Below are positions 38,445-47,307 of a DNA stretch of 64,000 nucleotides, piece after piece. Below the pieces are notes generated by a model. That model was not told the DNA's origin, did not search any database, and saw nothing but the letters and a program-made list of their open reading frames with translations. The DNA comes from Candidatus Levyibacteriota bacterium (GTDB lineage Bacteria > Patescibacteriota > Microgenomatia > Levybacterales > UBA12049), in contig DAIDHK010000001.1 in the NCBI GenBank assembly GCA_027459725.1, positions 3,411 to 67,410 of the forward strand, in the 5' to 3' direction. Within the stretch, counting starts at the first letter, position 1, and every line of letters begins with the position of its first letter. The position numbers and the translations under genes are program-made.

Positions 38445-39122
38445 CTATTCTTTTTTATCTTCCTTGGTATCTTTGATTATCTTCCCTTTTTCCAAGGCTA
38501 TAGTTCGTTTAAGTAAGCTGTTTACGATGTCAGCATTATGTGTAGCCATCACCACTGTTGTACCCAGCTTATTGATATCCTGCAACAACTTTACTATTTC
38601 CCAGCTGGTAGTGGGATCCAGGTTGCCGGTAGGTTCATCGGCCAGCAAAATTTCTGGCCCAAAAACCAGAGCACGGGCAATAGCAGCTCTTTGTAATTCT
38701 CCTCCAGAAAGCTGAATAGGAAACTTCTGTTTTTGTTCATAAATTCCAACCTCCTGTAAAATTTCATCTACTTTTTTTTCTGCAGTCTTACGATCTACAT
38801 CTGCCATCTCAAGCGGAAGAATAATATTCTCAAAAACTGTTCTGTCCATCAACATCTTTAAATCCTGAAAAACTACGCCAATTTTACGTCTGAACTGAGG
38901 AATTTTACCTTTTGCTAGTTTTACGACATCCACATCATTAATCACGATTGAACCTTCAGAGGGTACCATATCACGAATTAAAAGGCGCAAAAAGGTAGTT
39001 TTACCAGACCCGGAAGGACCGATAATAAAAACAAACTCGCCTTTTTCTATCAGCAGATTTATTTCCGATAAGGCAACAGCGCCTGTACCGAATGTTTTGG
39101 TAACGTTTTCTAATTTAATCAT
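38445..39122 (-). CDS. ftsE: Cell division ATP-binding protein FtsE
   Basis: IKLENVTKTF, GPSGSGKTTFLRLL, LSGGELQRAAIARAL, LLADEPTGNLD. Confidence 0.85.
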   Translation of the reverse strand: MIKLENVTKTFGTGAVALSEINLLIEKGEFVFIIGPSGSGKTTFLRLLIRDMVPSEGSIVINDVDVVKLAKGKIPQFRRKIGVVFQDLKMLMDRTVFENIILPLEMADVDRKTAEKKVDEILQEVGIYEQKQKFPIQLSGGELQRAAIARALVFGPEILLADEPTGNLDPTTSWEIVKLLQDINKLGTTVVMATHNADIVNSLLKRTIALEKGKIIKDTKEDKKE

Positions 39123-39175
39123 GAAAAAATAAATAGTTACTCAATTTTGAATTTTGAGTTTTTGATTTTGATTTT

Positions 39176-39640
39176 TTATTCTACTAACACTTTTCCTACA
39201 TCCATCAACCATCCAGCGTGTTGTGCTGTTTGCGTAGCTCCCCAAACTTTAACTTTATGGCCGATAAATAAAGAAAGATCAACCACTGATGAAGTGAGGT
39301 AAACATATTGACTGGGACCACCCGGTCTGACTAAGTGAAATTCTCCCTCCCCATCAATTCCGCCATTCTGCAGCGTTCCCTCAGCGGTATCTTTATATGA
39401 AGAAGTATCCGACACACCATAACTTTGTCCAGTTTGTATACTTGACTTGCTGACTCCATTTGTTGTTGATGAAGTTATAGGAGGATTACTTTTAGCAGCT
39501 AATGCATACCCTGATCCCACACCAAGCATAATCATTACCAGAAAGGCGACTATAACCTGCATGGACATTCCCTTGGAAGATAATTTATCTTTACCGGAAA
39601 AACTATGCATTAACTTTTGATCGTGTGTCTCTTTTTCCAT
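39176..39640 (-). CDS. Membrane-anchored hypothetical protein (154 aa)
   Basis: Single N-terminal TM, Ser/Thr-rich segment, C-terminal globular part. No motif. Confidence 0.45.
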   Translation of the reverse strand: MEKETHDQKLMHSFSGKDKLSSKGMSMQVIVAFLVMIMLGVGSGYALAAKSNPPITSSTTNGVSKSSIQTGQSYGVSDTSSYKDTAEGTLQNGGIDGEGEFHLVRPGGPSQYVYLTSSVVDLSLFIGHKVKVWGATQTAQHAGWLMDVGKVLVE

Positions 39641-39784
39641 AGCTTTATATACTCTCTAGTAAAACATATTTCCCGCTTTTCTGCAACCAGAAATAATAGA
39701 TATTAATATTCCATCCATCCTTTCTTTTACCAAAAACCCAGTTATTATTTAAAATATAGTTATTTAACAATACGACAAACTCTA

Positions 39785-40792
39785 CTAACTCAACTGTCTT
39801 AATTCTGCTTCAATAAACTGATCTAAATCCCCATCTAGTACTGCATCTGTATTGCCTGTTTCTACATTGGTACGCAAATCTTTTACCATATGATACGGAT
39901 GCAAAACATAAGAGCGGATCTGATTTCCCCAACCTGGTGTTTTGTAACCTCCTTTTAACCTTTCTTCCTCTTTGCGCCTTTCCTCTTCCTGTATCGCCCA
40001 CAACTTTGCCCGCAATAATTTCATGGCGTTCTCACGATTCTGCCCCTGGTACCTCTCTGACTGTGCTGTTACTACAATGCCGGTAGGAATATGCTTAATA
40101 CGCACTGCTGTAGAAACTTTATTAACATTTTGTCCTCCATGTCCACCTGAACGAAATGCTTCAAACTCAATATCATCATCCTTGATTATCACCTGGTTAT
40201 CCTGTTCAATCTGGGGTAGCACTTCAAGCATGGCAAAAGAAGTCTGGCGAAGTTTATCGGCATTGAAAGGAGACTGCCTAACCAGACGATGTACTCCTGC
40301 TTCATGATGTAAGTATCCATAAACATAGTTACCATTAACTGAAAGAGTAATACTTTTCAATCCAGCTTCTTCTCCTGGCGTCTGATCAATAATCTCATAT
40401 GACCAGCCTCTTCTCTCAAAATATCTTGTGTACATCCTATAAAGCATTTCTGTCCAGTCCATCGCTTCGGTTCCACCTTGACCTGAATGTATAGCGACGA
40501 TAGCTCCACTTTCATCATAGGGACCTGAGAAATACAAGAGTGTTTCCAGATTATCGATCAGTTCTGACGCTTCTTTTTCATTACCTTCTTCAATCCACAG
40601 CTGAAGCAATTCTATCTGCTCAATTTCTTTTTGTAGCTTAGACATCTCCTTCATTTTCATACTAGCGCTTCTATGATCGTTCCAGAAATCAGGTTTACTG
40701 CTTTCTGCCTCAATCAAGCGGATCTGTGTTCTCTTCTTATCAGGATTAATTTTCTCCAGCAAATTATAGTATCTTTTCTTAAGTTCTTCCAT
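39785..40792 (-). CDS. prfB: Peptide chain release factor 2, contiguous ORF (no programmed +1 frameshift)
   Basis: SPF tripeptide (RQSPFNAD), GGQ motif (GGHGGQNVNK), HSGQGGTEAMDW. Confidence 0.85.
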   Translation of the reverse strand: MEELKKRYYNLLEKINPDKKRTQIRLIEAESSKPDFWNDHRSASMKMKEMSKLQKEIEQIELLQLWIEEGNEKEASELIDNLETLLYFSGPYDESGAIVAIHSGQGGTEAMDWTEMLYRMYTRYFERRGWSYEIIDQTPGEEAGLKSITLSVNGNYVYGYLHHEAGVHRLVRQSPFNADKLRQTSFAMLEVLPQIEQDNQVIIKDDDIEFEAFRSGGHGGQNVNKVSTAVRIKHIPTGIVVTAQSERYQGQNRENAMKLLRAKLWAIQEEERRKEEERLKGGYKTPGWGNQIRSYVLHPYHMVKDLRTNVETGNTDAVLDGDLDQFIEAELRQLS

Positions 40793-40799
40793 CGTGAAA

Positions 40800-41003
40800 C
40801 TATTGTAGCTTGTCTAATTTCAAATTGCCAATCATTACAATCCATACTATTATATAAACGATGGAAGAGATGGAGTAAAATATTGCGAAGATAAAAAAAG
40901 ACAGCAACGATTGGCTTCCATTCAGGTAACTAATCTTGCTTGTATCATTACACCAATTGTTTTTGTCACGAACACTCATGGCGAGTATTTGCCGAATGGA
41001 CAA
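40800..41003 (-). CDS. Small hydrophobic protein (67 aa), doubtful
   Basis: ORF only. Overlaps an equally plausible plus-strand 77-aa ORF (40940..41173). Low information. Confidence 0.25.
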   Translation of the reverse strand: MSIRQILAMSVRDKNNWCNDTSKISYLNGSQSLLSFFIFAIFYSISSIVYIIVWIVMIGNLKLDKLQ

Positions 41004-41339
41004 TAACCATTGGTCTTCTATTGATCATTAGGATCGGGTTCTTGAAAGTTAGTCAGTTTCCTCGGGGCATTCTGTTTAAATGGAAAGGGTTAATCGATTG
41101 GATCAAACTTATCGCATATATGGCATGGCTATGCACTTTTGCCACACAGTTATTTAAGCGTGTTGCTTCATAAGTTTTTTCACAAGTATAACCAAATTGC
41201 CCTTTGTTAAATATGACATCCTGTTTTGCGCTTGCTAGTTTCTCCCTCCTCCCATCTTTCGTTCCCGGTGCTTCTTCTGCTTGGCTATCTGTTCATGGTA
41301 GTAATATTAAAATACAGATATGAAACTGGTAAATTCTTG

Positions 41340-41515
41340 CGCAGTGAGCAGGTGCGGGCTGTAGACATCCATTTTGTACGTAGGGCAGCTTGATAGTCCA
41401 TAGGACTTTAAATAGACTCACAAAACGCTATTTCCGAACAAGTCTAATGTTAAAAGCCAGGCACAGCCCCAGCCTCTCACATAAATTTATTAATAACCTG
41501 CACCTGGATAATCTT
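41340..41515. ncRNA. Candidate structured RNA, unclassified (nested long-range helices in an ORF-free, GC-elevated island)
   Basis: caggtgc (41349-55) pairs with gcacctg (about 41500-06) and the adjacent gggctgt (41356-62) pairs with acagccc (41463-69), forming nested helices. About 600 bp here lacks a credible ORF. Confidence 0.3.
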
Positions 41516-41598
41516 ATCGGCATGCTTCAGAGCTGGGAACTTGGTCAATCATTGTAGTTGCCCTTGTTATAATGCTTTATTCTCTGTTAATAAAGTAA

Positions 41599-41946
41599 TT
41601 AGCTATTCTTTTGCCCACTTAGTTTTTGTAAATCACTTTGTATCAACTTTTCGTATCCTGTTAAGCCCTGAATTAATTTCCCCCCATTGTTAATGGTCTT
41701 TATTATATCGCCAATTTTAATTTGTGACACCTGATGTGTGATAGACTTAAAATTTAAATCAGCTTCCTGTTTGAATGAATTTGTAGTAGCGCTTGAGGAA
41801 GAGACTGAAATACCCAGAACACTTTTGCCATTAACCACTGCCTTAGTGGCCCAGAATCTTTTGATTGTAGAAGAGAAAAAAGTTGCATAGATTATGATTC
41901 CCATAATAAAAACAATTATCAGCAGGCTTTTGAGTAATCCGAACAT
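41599..41946 (-). CDS. Membrane-anchored hypothetical protein (115 aa)
   Basis: N-terminal TM. No motif. Confidence 0.4.
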   Translation of the reverse strand: MFGLLKSLLIIVFIMGIIIYATFFSSTIKRFWATKAVVNGKSVLGISVSSSSATTNSFKQEADLNFKSITHQVSQIKIGDIIKTINNGGKLIQGLTGYEKLIQSDLQKLSGQKNS

Positions 41947-41979
41947 AGACTCAGTATAACACCAACAAAGGCTTTAATA

Positions 41980-42981
41980 TTAATTTACGAGGTTAATACG
42001 CTCTCCCTTAGCAAACGCACTCAAGTTCTCAATAGTTACATCCAGAATTCTCTGTAATGCCTCCTGACTGTTAAAAGCATTATGGGGAGTAATCAAAACA
42101 TTATCTTTGGTAAGTAGAACATGATTTAAAAGCTGAGTCTTAATATCGCATTCTTTAAGAAACTGCTCTGTAAGAAGCTGTCTTTCTTCTTTAATAAATG
42201 CCTCTTCTTCCAGCACATCTATTCCTGCTGCGCTTAGAATGCCACTGTCCAAACCCACCAGTATGGCTTCTGTTTCAATCAGTCCCCCTCTGGCTGTATT
42301 TAACAGCACGCTTCCTTTTTTCATTTTCAGAACATTTTCTTTATTGATAAAATGATTGGTTTGAGGAGAATATGGCAAATGCAAACTGACAATATCTGAT
42401 TGGGCTAACAGCTCATCGACAGAGACATATTTAAAACCTAACTCATCAGCTAATTCCTGATGTACCCGATGATTATATCCCAGAACATTCATACCAAAAC
42501 CTCTGGCTATTTTTATTACTTCCTGTCCTATATGCCCGGTACCGATCACCCCCAGAGTCTTTCCATGCAGATCAAATCCCCGCAAACCGTCTAGACTGAA
42601 ATCTCCTTTCCTTGCTCTCTCAATTGAGGGCAATAGCTTTCGAGAAATAGCCAGCATCAGGGAGAAAGTATGTTCCGCCACGGTATATGTTCCATATTCA
42701 GGCACATTGGAAACCAGAATGTTTTTCTGTTTACATAAATCCAGATTGATGTGATCAAAACCTGTTGAGCGTGTAACAATATATTTTAGATCCGGCAGCT
42801 GATTTAAAACTTCTTCAGTTATGACAGAATATATAAAAACAGCAATTGCTTCTACATTATGAATCTGAGCGACATTGGCCAAATCAAGAGGAGAGGAGAA
42901 AAAAGTTAATTCATGACCCTGAAGTTTTTCCTGCAGATAAGGTTTCTCCCAATCTTCAATTTCAAAGACTGCGATCTTCAT
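41980..42981 (-). CDS. D-isomer-specific 2-hydroxyacid dehydrogenase (D-lactate dehydrogenase-like)
   Basis: GKTLGVIGTGHIGQEV NAD-binding motif. Catalytic R/E/H layout of the D-2-HDH family. Confidence 0.8.
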   Translation of the reverse strand: MKIAVFEIEDWEKPYLQEKLQGHELTFFSSPLDLANVAQIHNVEAIAVFIYSVITEEVLNQLPDLKYIVTRSTGFDHINLDLCKQKNILVSNVPEYGTYTVAEHTFSLMLAISRKLLPSIERARKGDFSLDGLRGFDLHGKTLGVIGTGHIGQEVIKIARGFGMNVLGYNHRVHQELADELGFKYVSVDELLAQSDIVSLHLPYSPQTNHFINKENVLKMKKGSVLLNTARGGLIETEAILVGLDSGILSAAGIDVLEEEAFIKEERQLLTEQFLKECDIKTQLLNHVLLTKDNVLITPHNAFNSQEALQRILDVTIENLSAFAKGERINLVN

Positions 42982-43082
42982 GATTTTATATTATCACAAC
43001 AGTGTTTAAAATCAAACGACAATTTCCTGACTTTTGCATAATTACCCTCCGGTGATATATTTTTTAAGCATCAGAAGACAAA

Positions 43083-43874
43083 TCATTTGCGAGTTATGCT
43101 TTTATTGACAGCAAAAATAACTGTTGATGCCCCCGCAACCGGCAGCAATGCCAAAGATTTATCCCGGGAGATTTTTCTGAAGCTGTCATCGATTTTTTCA
43201 CCTCTCGTTTTATAGCGATTATACGCAGAGTACAGATTAGCTCCTACTTGTAAACTATCTATATACGGTTGAACACGAGTAGACATGCCACTTAGAGTAT
43301 TCATAATTATGCGACCTGGACGCGAGCCGAAAAAGGCAATAACATCCGTTCCCAACTCATGTACCTCATGACCGTCCAGCCACATAGTCATCTCCCTGGT
43401 CAGAGTCGGCAAAGAGGTTGTCAGCATAACACCATCTGCTGCTATCTGCCCCCACATATCTTTTCGCACCACAGCTGATTTACTGCGTAAAAAAGCCAGA
43501 GCACTTTCCTGTACCCTGTCAGCAGTAACATCAAAAATAACTCCAACAGGATTATTATATTTACCATCAGTTTCATCTTTTAACTGTCTAGCCACTCCTC
43601 CATCTAATCCATCACAAAGATAACCGAGACCCTGTAGTGCTAAAGCTGCAGCCTGTGTTTTTTTGTCCGGATGGTGTTTCCCATTCACATTTTCTATCAT
43701 TGCTGCTCCGGCAATGACCATGCCCAGTCCGGCTACTGTTATGTGATTAGGAGTAAGTGAAGGGAAAGTTTTATGAACTTTTTTGCTGGTAAACTCAAGT
43801 GGTTTCTTGAATACAGTTCTTAAAAAAGAGTCTTTGCCAGCACTTCCACCCTGATGTCTTTCCGGGTTTATCAT
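43083..43874 (-). CDS. CDP-alcohol phosphatidyltransferase family protein
   Basis: DGLDGGVARQLKDETDGKYNNPVGVIFDVTADRV is the DG(x)2AR(x)8G(x)3G(x)3D signature. Confidence 0.7.
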   Translation of the reverse strand: MINPERHQGGSAGKDSFLRTVFKKPLEFTSKKVHKTFPSLTPNHITVAGLGMVIAGAAMIENVNGKHHPDKKTQAAALALQGLGYLCDGLDGGVARQLKDETDGKYNNPVGVIFDVTADRVQESALAFLRSKSAVVRKDMWGQIAADGVMLTTSLPTLTREMTMWLDGHEVHELGTDVIAFFGSRPGRIIMNTLSGMSTRVQPYIDSLQVGANLYSAYNRYKTRGEKIDDSFRKISRDKSLALLPVAGASTVIFAVNKSITRK

Positions 43875-43999
43875 TTAGCAACTATAACATGATCTCAGGG
43901 TAATTTCTATATTCAGATTTCCCTGAAGCTCATTGAGATTTTTGGATATTTTTATATTTTATCTTCCATAGACTCACCATAACTCCCCAGCCAGTTTTA

Positions 44000-44513
44000 T
44001 TATCGATTCCATAACACTACCTCTTCTTTGTCGCTGCCGCTGTTTCTGATAAAATGTTCTACCTGCAGATTTACTATTGCGCCAGGGTTATCTCCTGCAA
44101 TTCTAAAATCTCCCCGATATCCATTTCCTTTGGCATAAGCATAACCAATCTCAGTTGCCATTCCGCTGTCAACATCCACACCATCAAGGTTGTCAACAAG
44201 ACTTAAGGCTTGTTTAATTTTTCTTTCATTATTCGAAGTAATTATGCTATTAGGTTTTCCCAGCCATGTACTTTTTCTTCATCCAAAGGCATCTCATCCA
44301 CCGATGCTATGAGGCTATAAGATGTTAATTCCCGAAAATCAAATACTGCATCGCCCATAGATCTGAACAGTCTTGCGATATTTGAATGAAATGGACAGGT
44401 AGCTTCGGCAAAACCAAGCCATCCCGCAAGATACAGAGTAATTCCTGATCTTAGTATGTCTTTGGGTATAACAACTCCAAACCTAGCCCGAATTTAGCTA
44501 CCCCCTCTTTCAT
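44000..44513 (-). pseudogene. Nucleoside 2-deoxyribosyltransferase-like gene (LOG/NDT fold) disrupted by frameshifts and stops
   Basis: Minus-strand pieces in three frames: MKEGVAKFGLGLELLYPKTY*, then ...ITLYLAGWLGFAEATCPFHSNIARLFRSMGDAVFDFRELTSYSLIASVDEMPLDEEKVHGWENLIA*, then ...LVDNLDGVDVDSGMATEIGYAYAKGNGYRGDF...VVLWNR*. LYLAGWxF and DxGxxxExGYAxxxGK are the NDT signatures. All interrupting stops are TAA. Confidence 0.55.
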
Positions 44514-44547
44514 GTAGCGGATTATAAAATATATATTTTATAATTAA

Positions 44548-45831
44548 TTATGGGATTTTGGGCATTTCAGGAATCTGTGTCCTCTTATCTTCCACTACCA
44601 TATCCTCTGAAATAACATTTTCTTGCATTTTCCCGATCGTCAATAATCCGATAAAAGCCGCTATTAATGCCGCCAAACCACCTACACCCAAACCCCATCT
44701 GGGACTGATATTTTCACCTATCCAGCCAATAATTGGACCTCCGATTGGAGTTGAGCCAAGAAAAGCCATCGTCCACAAAGACATCACCCTCCCACGCATT
44801 TCAGGCAAACTGGCCATCTGCAGCGTCACATTGCCCATAGAATTAAAATTTAATGAAGCAGCTCCTACTAAAACCATAGCAATAAGTGCAACAGTAAAGC
44901 TGGGAGCAAGCGCTGCGAAGATATCCGACAACCCGAATAAGACTAAAACCGTTAACAGCATTTTTGTTGAGGTAGATTTTCTCCCTGCGCTGAATAATCC
45001 TCCAATCACCGCGCCAAAACCCATGGCAGTAGTTAACTCCGCGTATCCTGCGACCGCGTTATGAAAGGTGAATTGTGCCACCAGAGGAAGTATAACCTGG
45101 AACTCATAAGTTAGAGTTCCCACAATAGCCAGAATAATAAGCGTGTTGCGGATCTTTGGTGTAGAGACTACATACTTCAAACCATCTTTTAGCTTTGCTG
45201 ACCCCCGTTTGCTTTGAGCCAAATGAAAATAATGACTGTCCATCAGATTCAAAACAATAATTACTGCAATATAAGAGATGCCATTTATAAAAAAACATAG
45301 AGCAAATCCTACGGTAAGTACTAAAATTCCCGCAATGGATGGGCCGATGATACGGGCCAGATTTACTTCCCATGAATTAAGTGTTACGGCATTGACCATT
45401 TTTTCTTTGCCTACCAGCTCGGGCACAAACGTCTGACGCGTTGGATTATCTATTAAATTGACCAGACCCAGACTGAAAGATAATACGCCAATCATCCATA
45501 TCTGCACAATATTTAGTGCAACTAATAAAGAAAGAATTAAAGCTAAAATTCCTGCAGCAGACTGGGTAAAAAACAAGATTTTTCTTTTAGGAAATCTGTC
45601 AGCGATCACTCCACCCAGAGGACCAAAGAGCAAAATAGGCAAAAATTGCAGAGCAGTTATAATACCAAGCACTGTACCTGAATCGGTAAGTTTTAACACC
45701 AGCAATCCCTGAGCAATCTGCTGGAGCCATGTGCCCGACAGCGAGACCGCCTGGCCAATAAAATATAACCGATAGTTACGTATGCTAAGTGAAGCAAACG
45801 TATTACCCCAGTAGTGACGTAAAATTTGCAT
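44548..45831 (-). CDS. MFS transporter (12-TM, EntS/Bcr-like)
   Basis: RNYRLYFIGQAVSLSGTWLQQIA, GPLGGVIADRFPKRKIL, 12 predicted TMs. Confidence 0.8.
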   Translation of the reverse strand: MQILRHYWGNTFASLSIRNYRLYFIGQAVSLSGTWLQQIAQGLLVLKLTDSGTVLGIITALQFLPILLFGPLGGVIADRFPKRKILFFTQSAAGILALILSLLVALNIVQIWMIGVLSFSLGLVNLIDNPTRQTFVPELVGKEKMVNAVTLNSWEVNLARIIGPSIAGILVLTVGFALCFFINGISYIAVIIVLNLMDSHYFHLAQSKRGSAKLKDGLKYVVSTPKIRNTLIILAIVGTLTYEFQVILPLVAQFTFHNAVAGYAELTTAMGFGAVIGGLFSAGRKSTSTKMLLTVLVLFGLSDIFAALAPSFTVALIAMVLVGAASLNFNSMGNVTLQMASLPEMRGRVMSLWTMAFLGSTPIGGPIIGWIGENISPRWGLGVGGLAALIAAFIGLLTIGKMQENVISEDMVVEDKRTQIPEMPKIP

Positions 45832-45977
45832 ATTAAATTAACTAGAACAAAAGGATAAACTCTTATCCGGAGATGTTAGTAGCCAACTAAATTACTATTT
45901 TAGTTTAAAATAAACTTTCAGGCAAGCAATCAGGACAAACAGTTGACGGGTAATATGGTTGAAGTTAGAATAGACAT

Positions 45978-46679
45978 ATGCAAAACCCTCCGCAGATACT
46001 TCCAACGAGAATAACAGACGGTCAGGCACCCGGAATCGCCTATCGGATTGAAGGAGAACTAGTTCCTTCTCTGCATATAACTCTGGACGGCTCTGTATCT
46101 GTTTTCTTCGAACATCACATAGTTCTATGGAAAGATCCTCAATTGCAAATAGGCATGAAAACAGTCAACGGAGCATTTAAAAGACTGATTGCTGGTATGC
46201 AGATTTTTATGACAGAGACCAGGGGCGCAGGAGAAATTGCCTTTTCCAGAGATGGAGCCGGTCACGTTTTTCCCTTACATTTACAGCCTGGACAGACTAT
46301 CGAAGTGCGTGAACATCAGTTTCTTGCCGCCACTGCGAATTTGGAATACGGCTTTTCTCGCCAAAAAGGTCTTTCGAACATGCTTTTAGGCTCAACCGGT
46401 TTTTTTGTTGATAAATTTCAGGCTAAACAAACTGAAGGAGTTGTCTGGCTGCATGGATATGGAAATGTGTTTGAAAAACAACTCGGGCAGGGAGAACAAA
46501 TTGATGTTGAACCAGGCGGCTGGATTTATAGGGATGAGAGCGTACAGATGTCCCAGCAAATTTATGGACTACGCACGGGAATCTTTGGAGGTGCAGGAAA
46601 TTTAATCTTTAACCGCTTTACCGGGCCAGGCAGAGTGGGCATACAATCCATGTACCTTTATCTACCTGGTGGAAATTAA
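45978..46679 (+). CDS. AIM24/TIGR00266-family protein
   Basis: Size and repeated beta-rich G-rich blocks (GAGEIAFS, GVVWLHGYGNVF, GIFGGAGNLIFNRFTGPGRVGIQS) typical of the AIM24 family. Confidence 0.6.
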   Translation: MQNPPQILPTRITDGQAPGIAYRIEGELVPSLHITLDGSVSVFFEHHIVLWKDPQLQIGMKTVNGAFKRLIAGMQIFMTETRGAGEIAFSRDGAGHVFPLHLQPGQTIEVREHQFLAATANLEYGFSRQKGLSNMLLGSTGFFVDKFQAKQTEGVVWLHGYGNVFEKQLGQGEQIDVEPGGWIYRDESVQMSQQIYGLRTGIFGGAGNLIFNRFTGPGRVGIQSMYLYLPGGN

Positions 46680-46714
46680 CTCCTAACAATATCTTCTCTG
46701 CTATAATCATAAGC

Positions 46715-46972
46715 ATGATTGAAGGTTATAGAGCAGGCTACAGTCATTTGAATCCTCAAGAACTAACAAGTAAGTTAGATTTTTTTCAGGAGAGACTCAA
46801 CCCGCTATGGAAAAGGTTTTCATATCATCTAAAGACAGAACATAATGGAGCTATGATAGGCAAACCCAGTAAGACTTGTCATACCTGTATAAATTTACAA
46901 ATGATGATTCAAAGCTATGAAGATCGTATGAGCACCATCAGAGGCTTACTTAATTCTACTAACAATCAGTAG
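46715..46972 (+). CDS. Small hypothetical protein (85 aa)
   Basis: ORF only. Confidence 0.3.
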   Translation: MIEGYRAGYSHLNPQELTSKLDFFQERLNPLWKRFSYHLKTEHNGAMIGKPSKTCHTCINLQMMIQSYEDRMSTIRGLLNSTNNQ

Positions 46973-46980
46973 ATATCCAA

Positions 46981-47304
46981 TCATTTAACACTGCGAATAT
47001 CTTCTCTTAACTGTTCATAGATCTCGTGTGCAGCATACAGCAGATGTTTTTCCGCATCCTTAACATGAGTTCGGAGAACATTCCAGGCCTGTTCATGTTC
47101 TTCATTAGCAATATGCTCTAGAAACTTTTTTTTATCTTCTCCTTTAATATGCGTCAGTGCCTGATCCATCATCACATGATGAATTTGCCTTTGTGCGATA
47201 TCCAGTAACTCAGACTTCTGTTTATCAGAAAGATCCAAACCGGAAAGTTCCATTTTGACATGCTCAAGAGTAATCAAATGTGAATAAAAATATTTTTTAT
47301 GCAT
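46981..47304 (-). CDS. Hypothetical charged helical protein (107 aa)
   Basis: Directly downstream of the DPBB-like gene (4-nt gap). ORF only. Confidence 0.4.
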   Translation of the reverse strand: MHKKYFYSHLITLEHVKMELSGLDLSDKQKSELLDIAQRQIHHVMMDQALTHIKGEDKKKFLEHIANEEHEQAWNVLRTHVKDAEKHLLYAAHEIYEQLREDIRSVK

Positions 47305-47307
47305 AAA

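Noticed and set aside
40792-41003. Programmed +1 frameshift leader for prfB
   Set aside because: The upstream ORF is in the correct relative frame, but it ends in TAG (not UGA), has no CUU-UGA-C shifty site and no RF2-like sequence.
40940-41173. 77-aa plus-strand ORF
   Set aside because: It overlaps the minus-strand 67-aa ORF and lies in the putative structured-RNA island. It has no motif and unusual composition, so I did not call it.
41330-41420. RNase P RNA or tmRNA identity for the structured region
   Set aside because: Fragments resembling AAAGUCC and UAGGGCAG occur, but in the wrong order and spacing for P4/P-loop regions. There is no tRNA-like T-arm, no CCA end context and no plausible tag-peptide frame, so the class is left open.
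44558-45064. 168-aa plus-strand ORF
   Set aside because: Antisense to the 12-TM MFS transporter gene.
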